IMG/VR virus record: IMGVR_UViG_3300028883_000044
Location: 1-64,000 of that record
Direction: 5' to 3' (one strand)
DNA: 64,000 nt
Source: a virus
The notes beneath the pieces are model-generated. The model ran no database searches. It was not told the DNA's origin and saw nothing but the letters and a program-made list of their open reading frames with translations. Each line of letters starts with the position of its first letter. The first letter of the stretch is position 1. The translations under genes and the position numbers were made by a program. This document shows positions 57,201 to 64,000 of the stretch, piece by piece.

Positions 57201-57752
57201 ATGAAAGGCTTTGGGTTTGATTTAGATGGTGTGTTATATGACTGGCATTCATCTATTTATATGTATGCGAAAAGTATGTATAATTTAAAGGAAGAATCGG
57301 ATATAGAATTTTTTAGGAATATGGTTGATGGGAAATATACTAAGAATTTTATAGATACACTTATGAGTTATCAACCGTGTTATACTAATATTGTACCTAA
57401 TAAAAAATTAGTAAAACTTATTAATACAATATCTAAAAATTTTGAAATATATTATATAACAAGTCGTTGGAAGAATCTAGAGTATGTTACTTCTAAGTGG
57501 TTAGAGGATTATGATTTTCCACAACCATATAATTTATATATGGATGAATATAAACCAGATGTTATAAGAAAAACATTTTGTAAATATTATGTAGATGATA
57601 TGCCTAAATGGGGTAATAAAGTTTTAGGAATTACAAACTTTATATATCTTAAAAAAAGATGGCACTATCAAGATAATAATTTAGAAGAGAAATCTTTTCT
57701 CATAATTAAAAATATTTTAGAATTAGAAAATAAATTAGACATTTTAGTATAG
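57201..57752 (+). CDS. HAD 5'(3')-deoxyribonucleotidase
   Basis: FDLDGVL, YITSR, K, YVDD. Confidence 0.8.
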   Translation: MKGFGFDLDGVLYDWHSSIYMYAKSMYNLKEESDIEFFRNMVDGKYTKNFIDTLMSYQPCYTNIVPNKKLVKLINTISKNFEIYYITSRWKNLEYVTSKWLEDYDFPQPYNLYMDEYKPDVIRKTFCKYYVDDMPKWGNKVLGITNFIYLKKRWHYQDNNLEEKSFLIIKNILELENKLDILV

Positions 57753-57762
57753 GAGGTTTTAT

Positions 57763-58179
57763 ATGGTAAGATTCTGTAAATTACAAAAATCTGCTGTTAC
57801 ACCTAAAAGGAAAAACAGCACTGATGCAGGAATAGATATTTATTCTAATGAGGACAAAACTATTCCGCCTCTTAGTGAAGCTAAAATCCACACAGGTATT
57901 TCAATTGAAATACCTGTTGGTTTTATGGGTTTACTAAAACCTAAAGGAAAATCAAACTGGTTAGTTGGTGCAGGTGTAGTTGATGCACAATATGAACCTG
58001 GAGAATATATAGTAAGAATATTTAATCCTACCATGTTTACATTGAATATTAAACACGGTACACCTGTATGTCAGTTAGTTATTATACCTATAAGCACACC
58101 TGAATTAAAGGAAGTCTCGAAAAAAGATTTGGAAAATTCAAGTGAACGTAGTGGTAAGGGGGGAATACACAATGCTTAG
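57763..58179 (+). CDS. dut: dUTPase (trimeric)
   Basis: DAGIDI, HTG, GVVDAQY, QLVI, RSGKGG. Confidence 0.88.
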   Translation: MVRFCKLQKSAVTPKRKNSTDAGIDIYSNEDKTIPPLSEAKIHTGISIEIPVGFMGLLKPKGKSNWLVGAGVVDAQYEPGEYIVRIFNPTMFTLNIKHGTPVCQLVIIPISTPELKEVSKKDLENSSERSGKGGIHNA

Positions 58180-60046
58180 TGAGAAAGGAGAATTTATATT
58201 TAAAAGAAAGTACGCTTTGAATGAGGATGAAACTTGGGAACAGGCTTGTGTTAGAGTAGCTAGCCATGTTGCAAGTATTTTAGGAGACTCTGATGATTTT
58301 AAAAAATATATGAAAGAGTTTTATCAGATAATTGCTAATCTATATTTTTTGCCCGGTGGTAGAATCTTAAAGAATAGTGGTACAGATATTAAGAATTTGT
58401 TTAATTGTTTTTATATTAATATAGAAGATAGTAGGGATTCTATTTATAAAGTATTAAAAGATTCTGCTGAAATATTTGCATGGGGTGGTGGTTTAGGTAC
58501 ACGCATTTCCGACCTTCGTGAAGAAGGGGCAGAGATAAAAACATCTAATACAGAATCTTCAGGACCTCTTTCGTTTATGAAATTATTTAATTTAACTGGA
58601 GAGATAATTCAGCAAGCTTCTAGAAGAGGTGCTCAAATAGCTTTGATGGATATTTCACATCCAGATATAATTAAATTTTTGGAATTGAAATCAAAACCAA
58701 CAGCAGAAAATTATCAGTTACTTAAAGAAATGTCTGCGAATAGTCGTAAAGAAAATATAGAATTCCCTAACAGGGATGTTGTAAAAAGAACTTTAGTAGA
58801 AAATCAATTTACACATTTTAATATTTCTGTGGAAATTTCTGATAAATTCATGGAAGCTGTTATGGAAGATGCTGACTGGAATTTAATTTCCCCCAGTACT
58901 GGTGAAGTTAAAGATACTATAAAAGCTAGAAATCTTTTAAAAAGAATTGCTAAACAGATATGGTTATCAGGAGACCCTGGACTTTTCTTTACTGATGCTG
59001 TTTGTAGAGACAATATGGTACCATATGTCAGTAATAAGTTAGGCTGTAATCCATGTGCAGAAATAAATTTAATTTCTTATGAACCTTGTAACTTAGGTTC
59101 TATTAATTTACACAGATTATATGATAAAGAAATTGGTGGTATAGACTTAGAGAAGTTAACTCATATTGTAGCTACCGCTACTTTGTTTTTAACATTTGTT
59201 CATGGAGTTTCTTCTAATCGTGTTGAAGAAGTTAATAAAATGGCTCAAGGTTTACGAAGAATAGGCATAGGTGTTATGGGTTTTGCTGATTTACTTTTAG
59301 AAATGGGAGTGCCTTACGATTCAGACGAAGCTGTAGAAATTGCTGAAACTCTATCTGCATATATTTCTTATATATCGTGGATGACTTCTGCATCTATAGC
59401 GGAAAACTTAGGTACTTTTCCTATGTATGATAAAGAAAAAGTAGACTTGCATGTTATAGATAAGTTAGAAAAATCGAGTGCTAATTTAGATATGAGTGCT
59501 CTTAGAAAACTTATTGAGGAGAACGGTTTAGCTAATGTATCAACTACTGCTATAGCCCCTACAGGTTCAATAGCTTTATTAGCTGATGTTAGTTCTAGTA
59601 TAGAACCTGTTTTTGGTTTAGCATATACTAGATATATTACAGACGGTGAATCAAATAAAGTGAAAGAAAAGATCATTGAGGTTAATCCTATATTTATTTC
59701 TAAATTAAAAGAAGCCGAAATAGATGAAGAAACTGTAGAAAAGATTGTTAAGTATGCTGAAAAAAATGGTTCAATACAAAACTGTAAATTAGTTCCAAAT
59801 GAAATTAAAAAAGTTTTTGTTACAGCTTTGGATATAGAACCTTCAAAACATATTCTTATGCAATCTGCATGGCAAAAATATATTTCTAATGCTATATCTA
59901 AAACTATTAATCTACCAGAGAGTGCTACAGAAACTGACATATATAACTCTATTATAGAGTTATGGAAAATGAATGTAAAAAGTTCTACATTATATAGAGA
60001 TGGTTCTAAATATTTTCAGATATTGAACGTAGGAAGTGCAGATTAA
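58172..60046 (+). CDS. nrdJ: ribonucleotide reductase, probably class II (B12-dependent)
   Basis: NCF, GGGLG, RRGA, NPCAEI, CNLGSINL, APTGSI, SKTINLP, YRDGS; no NrdB in the window. Confidence 0.85.
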   Translation: MLSEKGEFIFKRKYALNEDETWEQACVRVASHVASILGDSDDFKKYMKEFYQIIANLYFLPGGRILKNSGTDIKNLFNCFYINIEDSRDSIYKVLKDSAEIFAWGGGLGTRISDLREEGAEIKTSNTESSGPLSFMKLFNLTGEIIQQASRRGAQIALMDISHPDIIKFLELKSKPTAENYQLLKEMSANSRKENIEFPNRDVVKRTLVENQFTHFNISVEISDKFMEAVMEDADWNLISPSTGEVKDTIKARNLLKRIAKQIWLSGDPGLFFTDAVCRDNMVPYVSNKLGCNPCAEINLISYEPCNLGSINLHRLYDKEIGGIDLEKLTHIVATATLFLTFVHGVSSNRVEEVNKMAQGLRRIGIGVMGFADLLLEMGVPYDSDEAVEIAETLSAYISYISWMTSASIAENLGTFPMYDKEKVDLHVIDKLEKSSANLDMSALRKLIEENGLANVSTTAIAPTGSIALLADVSSSIEPVFGLAYTRYITDGESNKVKEKIIEVNPIFISKLKEAEIDEETVEKIVKYAEKNGSIQNCKLVPNEIKKVFVTALDIEPSKHILMQSAWQKYISNAISKTINLPESATETDIYNSIIELWKMNVKSSTLYRDGSKYFQILNVGSAD

Positions 60047-60184
60047 TTATGAAATTCAATAAGGTAACTTTGCCAGTTAAGACAAAAATCAATAGTTCAT
60101 ATTTTCCCGTTAAGGAAATTTTTAATTTGATAAAGTAAGTTAGGAACTGGGTACGCACACTAGAAATATAAAATAAAAAAACTG

Positions 60185-60220
60185 TGGGAAGAAGATTAAA
60201 AACCTTCTTCCCATTTTTTT
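60185..60220 (+). terminator. intrinsic terminator between convergent arms
   Basis: TGGGAAGAAG-N9-CTTCTTCCCA-T7. Confidence 0.85.
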
Positions 60221-60252
60221 ATACTAAGAAATTATTTAGTTTTAATTTTTAA

Positions 60253-60789
60253 TTAACGTAAACCATTTATTTCTAAGTCTCTAAAATCATTTTCTCTTTG
60301 AACTTCTTCCCTATTATGTGGTAAATTTACTTCTACTGCTTCTAGAAAAGGTAGTCCATTATCTTCTGGTAAAATAAAATCCTGAAAATGTTTTTCAGGA
60401 AGTTTAAAAGGTTTTTGTTTAAATCTCATATGATTAGAATTTAGAATAATTATATCTTTAGAAAATTTCAGTTTTACTTTTTGCATACTAATACAATACT
60501 TTTTAAAATTAGCTTCTCCATAATTTTCTCTTATATCTATTTTGTATTCCTGTATTACAGTATTTATAATTAACTTTATTATTTGAAGTATTTGATAATC
60601 TCTTTCTGAGAATATATTCCTATCATCTTGTAATTTATTAATAATTAAGTATAATGATTTAAATCTAGCATAAGAAAGTACGCTAAATAATATTATAAAA
60701 GTATCATCACTTAAATCGTATAGTATACTTTTAGTTCTATAAAGTTTAAATATTATATCTATTAAAAACTCTATATCTTCGGTTTCCAT
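60253..60789 (-). CDS. hypothetical protein
   Basis: ORF coupled to the upstream gene. Confidence 0.55.
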   Translation of the reverse strand: METEDIEFLIDIIFKLYRTKSILYDLSDDTFIILFSVLSYARFKSLYLIINKLQDDRNIFSERDYQILQIIKLIINTVIQEYKIDIRENYGEANFKKYCISMQKVKLKFSKDIIILNSNHMRFKQKPFKLPEKHFQDFILPEDNGLPFLEAVEVNLPHNREEVQRENDFRDLEINGLR

Positions 60790-61586
60790 TATAGTAATAA
60801 TCCATCTATTAATAAACTTTGTTTAAAATGTCCATGTATAAAATAATCATCATTTTTATAAGCATATATAAAAGATTTTAATTTAGATTCTATCAATTCT
60901 GTATCTCCAAAAGATTTAATAATAGATTTCGTTAGATTTTTATTGTATATATTATGCGTAGCATTACTAACATTATTTAAAATAAGACTATCTAAATAAT
61001 AATCAATGGTTTTATTTTCATTAATTAAAATATTAGTTGTGTAAAAAGCTCTATTTAAAACTAGTAGGAAATAGTATTGAACTAGTTTATTAAAAAAACT
61101 TGCTTTTTTAGTAAACATTAATCTTACAAAATTAAATCTATGTGTATACATATGTAATGAAGAAATTGATGAATATTCAGGTAATAAATAATAACATTTT
61201 CTTCCATAAATTGTATTTATTTTTGTTTCACATAAAGTTGTATAAACTATATCAGGGAAAATATAATTACAAAGTTTTTCAAATTCTAATGAATTACCCT
61301 TAGAAAGAAAATATAAATATATATCTTCTACATTTTCTTTTTTATATAGGTTAGTAGCATCTTCTCTAAAACCTCCTAAACAAACTTCACTACAAGGACT
61401 GTCTACATAAAGTTTAAATTCTTCTAATGTTATTCCTGTATTGGGAACATTTTTTATAAACTTACATAAATCCTCTATTTCAGAATTATTATAAATATCT
61501 GAAAGACGATAATTAATATAATCCGTCATAACTATGGTAATAGGTTTAGTAATTTCTTTTTTACTACCTGTTTGTAATAATTTCAT
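60789..61586 (-). CDS. hypothetical protein in the amidoligase module
   Basis: ORF coupled to the peptidase C26 gene. Confidence 0.55.
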   Translation of the reverse strand: MKLLQTGSKKEITKPITIVMTDYINYRLSDIYNNSEIEDLCKFIKNVPNTGITLEEFKLYVDSPCSEVCLGGFREDATNLYKKENVEDIYLYFLSKGNSLEFEKLCNYIFPDIVYTTLCETKINTIYGRKCYYLLPEYSSISSLHMYTHRFNFVRLMFTKKASFFNKLVQYYFLLVLNRAFYTTNILINENKTIDYYLDSLILNNVSNATHNIYNKNLTKSIIKSFGDTELIESKLKSFIYAYKNDDYFIHGHFKQSLLIDGLLL

Positions 61587-62238
61587 TTAGTTTCCCTTGT
61601 ATAAATCTTATAAAGATTTTAGCAAACTTTTTATTACTATCTCTATATTCTAAATTATTTTGCATAAACTCTGGGTGAAATTGTGTAGTAAATATTTTAC
61701 TATTTTTTCCAAAGGACATTTCTGAAAAACCTCCGAAATAAGCTACCGTAAGTAACTCTTTCGCAGAATATTTAACAGCTTGATGATGTAATGAATTAAC
61801 TCTATCTAATTTTAAATTTTCATTTATATTAATATCTTTTGGATAATATAGTAAATGCTTACTAGGATGATTTTCTATATCCACATTTAACTTTCCGCCT
61901 AAAGAAGCATGTATAAGTTGATGACCTCTACAAATTCCAAAGATAAGTTTATTATATTTTAATGCAAGATATAAATTCTTTAAATCTATTGAGTCTCTTA
62001 TAGTATTATAATGACCATTTTTTAGTGTATAATCTCCATGAATTGTTGGTGAAATATCTTCACCACCAGATAATACTAAAAGATCAATATTATCTTTAAA
62101 TTCTTCTTTATCAAAATTAGTATCTAATAAAGTAGAAGTAACAGGTATTCTAAATTCTTGATAAATAATATTTTCAATAAGTTTTTTAATTTCTCCATAA
62201 AAAGAAAGGGTTGAAAAACCTATACAAAGTTTATCCAT
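61564..62238 (-). CDS. peptidase C26 / gamma-glutamyl hydrolase-like glutamine amidotransferase
   Basis: LSGGEDI, RD, GICRGHQ, VNSLHHQ, QFHPE triad. Confidence 0.92.
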   Translation of the reverse strand: MDKLCIGFSTLSFYGEIKKLIENIIYQEFRIPVTSTLLDTNFDKEEFKDNIDLLVLSGGEDISPTIHGDYTLKNGHYNTIRDSIDLKNLYLALKYNKLIFGICRGHQLIHASLGGKLNVDIENHPSKHLLYYPKDININENLKLDRVNSLHHQAVKYSAKELLTVAYFGGFSEMSFGKNSKIFTTQFHPEFMQNNLEYRDSNKKFAKIFIRFIQGKLNEIITNR

Positions 62239-63163
62239 AAGTAACTGTATCATAAACCTTTCGCATAATACTTGCAGAATCATCTACCCTTACTTCTAAA
62301 ATATTTTTAATAGACGATTCTAAATAAGTTTCAATTAAAGGTCCAGAAAATTTTTCTAAATTATCTATTACCTTAAGTAAAAGACTTGTTGCTGTAAACA
62401 TTTTTCCTATTTTTCCTAAATCTTTTATCCATAAGTTTGATGGAGTTCTATATTCAATACCTTTTATATTATCTTTTTTAGAATAAGTTTGAATACGAAG
62501 TTTTCCGGGCAATCCATAAAATTCATGCCTATCTTTTTCTAAATAAACTTCCTCTTCAGTTTCCAAAGAAGATATAAAAGCATTTCCTAAAATAATATCC
62601 ATTAATCTTCCTATTTCAAAATATCTGTCAGTATCTATATTAGATATATGTATATGTCCCCCACCAAATCTTTTATTAATATTACTTGCATCAACTTCTT
62701 TAGAATAAAGTCCGCTATAAATATCTAAATCAGGGTCACACCCAAATCTTACACAATAGTTTGCATAACTATCTAAAACACCATCTATGTAAAGAATTTC
62801 TGGATTAAAAATTACTGCAGGTTTTATGGTAATACTATACCCAAATTTTCTTACAAGATTTTCTAAATGACCTATTGCATTAGATATCATACTATAATAT
62901 TCTAAAGTATCCTTTGTAGGTTTTGTATTAATTTCAAATGCCGCTCCATCTTCAATAATTTTATATGAAGATGTTTCCGCAAAAACTGGGTGTTTTTCTC
63001 TATCAGATTCTATTGAAGATGTAGTTAGATTTTTATTTAAATGTTTTGTAGTAAAAGGCATTCCCAACTTTCTTAATATAACTGGTGGAATACATTCTCC
63101 TAAACTATTTACACAAAAAACTTCTGGATCAGAGCCTATTAAACTTTTTCTATTTACTGACAT
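62231..63163 (-). CDS. phiEco32-like COOH-NH2 ligase type 2
   Basis: IGSDPEVF, EDGAAFEIN, FGCDPD, GGGHIH, YG..G..R, GIEYRTPSN.W. Confidence 0.85.
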   Translation of the reverse strand: MSVNRKSLIGSDPEVFCVNSLGECIPPVILRKLGMPFTTKHLNKNLTTSSIESDREKHPVFAETSSYKIIEDGAAFEINTKPTKDTLEYYSMISNAIGHLENLVRKFGYSITIKPAVIFNPEILYIDGVLDSYANYCVRFGCDPDLDIYSGLYSKEVDASNINKRFGGGHIHISNIDTDRYFEIGRLMDIILGNAFISSLETEEEVYLEKDRHEFYGLPGKLRIQTYSKKDNIKGIEYRTPSNLWIKDLGKIGKMFTATSLLLKVIDNLEKFSGPLIETYLESSIKNILEVRVDDSASIMRKVYDTVTYG

Positions 63164-63178
63164 ATTTTTTCTCCTATT

Positions 63179-63526
63179 TTATTCAACTAGTTTATTAAAT
63201 TTATATGAAGTTACTTTTTTACCTTCAACTTCATATCTTTTTCTACACTTATCGCAAAAGATAGCATTTGAACTACTTATTTGAATATCTTCTAAAGAAA
63301 ATAAATCACCACAACCTTCACATTTTATTAAAGCTTCTTTTTCTGAAAATGTTTTTCCACAATCTGGGCAATAAAAAATTAAATTTTTATTTTCAGAATT
63401 AGATTTAAAAATAATATCAATACATTTTAGACCATTTAATGTTAATTTAGGCGTTCCATAAAAATTAATAGATTCATTTAAATCAATTAGTGCAAAACTC
63501 TTTCTACATTCACTATGGTATATCAT
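63179..63526 (-). CDS. multi-CxxC Zn-binding protein
   Basis: CPDC, CEGC, CDKC. Confidence 0.65.
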   Translation of the reverse strand: MIYHSECRKSFALIDLNESINFYGTPKLTLNGLKCIDIIFKSNSENKNLIFYCPDCGKTFSEKEALIKCEGCGDLFSLEDIQISSSNAIFCDKCRKRYEVEGKKVTSYKFNKLVE

Positions 63527-63539
63527 TTATAATTTTCTC

Positions 63540-63986
63540 CTATACAATTTCTACACTTGATATTTTAATATTATATCTATTTTCTATACCACCAACTATT
63601 TCATCTACTGTCATAATATTATTCGTTAAAGATGTTTGATAAATTTCTAAAATAAGTTGTTTACTTTGTGCATATAAATTCTTTACAAAAAAACCTAAAT
63701 TCATATTATTATAACCTTTTATTTTATGAATATCTTTAACTTTACAGTTAGTATAATTAGTATAACTATTTAAAAAAGTTGTTAATAGTAAGTCTTTTTC
63801 ACTTTTACTTACAGGAGTTATTATAGTAGGTATTGGAGGTTGTTCTTGAACATTTCTTCTATAAACAAATGTTTTAACTTTTTCAAAAGCTTTTTCTAAT
63901 TGTAATTCTTGATAATTTCCAAAATTAGGATAATCAAGATATTTAAATAATCCCCTTATTGGAGATTGTATTACTAAATCTACCAT
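63540..63986 (-). CDS. hypothetical protein
   Basis: ORF in the same operon. Confidence 0.5.
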   Translation of the reverse strand: MVDLVIQSPIRGLFKYLDYPNFGNYQELQLEKAFEKVKTFVYRRNVQEQPPIPTIITPVSKSEKDLLLTTFLNSYTNYTNCKVKDIHKIKGYNNMNLGFFVKNLYAQSKQLILEIYQTSLTNNIMTVDEIVGGIENRYNIKISSVEIV

Positions 63987-64000
63987 ATCTTTTATAAGAA

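Noticed and set aside
7726-59940. Numerous 60-190 aa antisense or nested ORFs in the track (e.g. 7726, 8347, 26793, 43235, 49123, 59368)
   Set aside because: They lie opposite or within well-supported genes, lack RBSs and have the composition typical of shadow frames.
39920-60046. Inteins or introns in polA, recA, dnaB and nrdJ
   Set aside because: All have normal length and contiguous motifs.
60049-60138. 29-codon ORF after nrdJ as the missing RNR tail
   Set aside because: It contains no cysteines and there is no frameshift or readthrough signal; coding status is unsupported.
1-64000. Stop-codon reassignment
   Set aside because: Core genes are full length under code 11, and TAA, TAG and TGA all act as coupled stops.

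Overview
This AT-rich window is most of a tailed dsDNA bacteriophage genome with siphovirus-type morphogenesis. No integrase or repressor is visible. The host is probably a monoderm (inferred from the GH25 lysin, the lack of a recognisable spanin, sigma70/sigmaA promoters and Rex-like boxes). A divergent pair of consensus promoters at about 39.6-39.75 kb splits the window into two arms. The leftward arm (39.5 to 1.1 kb) carries, in order: a DNA methyltransferase, a phosphoesterase, Zn-finger mini-proteins, an 8-gene sugar-modification cluster coupled to terminase, portal, protease/scaffold, capsid, a neck module containing a GT4, tail tube, a -1 frameshifted tail chaperone, tape measure, baseplate, a GT2-TPR, a (GPT)n collagen fibre, LamG, and a lysis cassette that includes a 3-TM + PAS protein. 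The rightward arm (39.9 to 60.0 kb) carries PolA, RecA, SSB, PAPS reductase, DnaB, a resolvase, nucleases, dNMP kinase, a second, probably inactive GH25 with a holin, tRNA-Thr, a second methyltransferase, primase, a GT2, ThyX, dUTPase and a class II RNR. The right end carries a phiEco32-type COOH-NH2 ligase / peptidase C26 module. Best candidates for undescribed biology: (1) a PAS-sensor membrane protein inside the lysis cassette, next to two Rex/CRP-like operators; (2) a dedicated virion-glycosylation system with amino-sugar tailoring enzymes and plausible GPT / Ser-Gly acceptor sites; (3) a stand-alone NrdJ C-terminal Cys/Zn ribbon separated from an RNR that lacks it; (4) a pseudo-enzyme GH25 paralogue. 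All family calls come from motif recognition by eye; no database searches were run.
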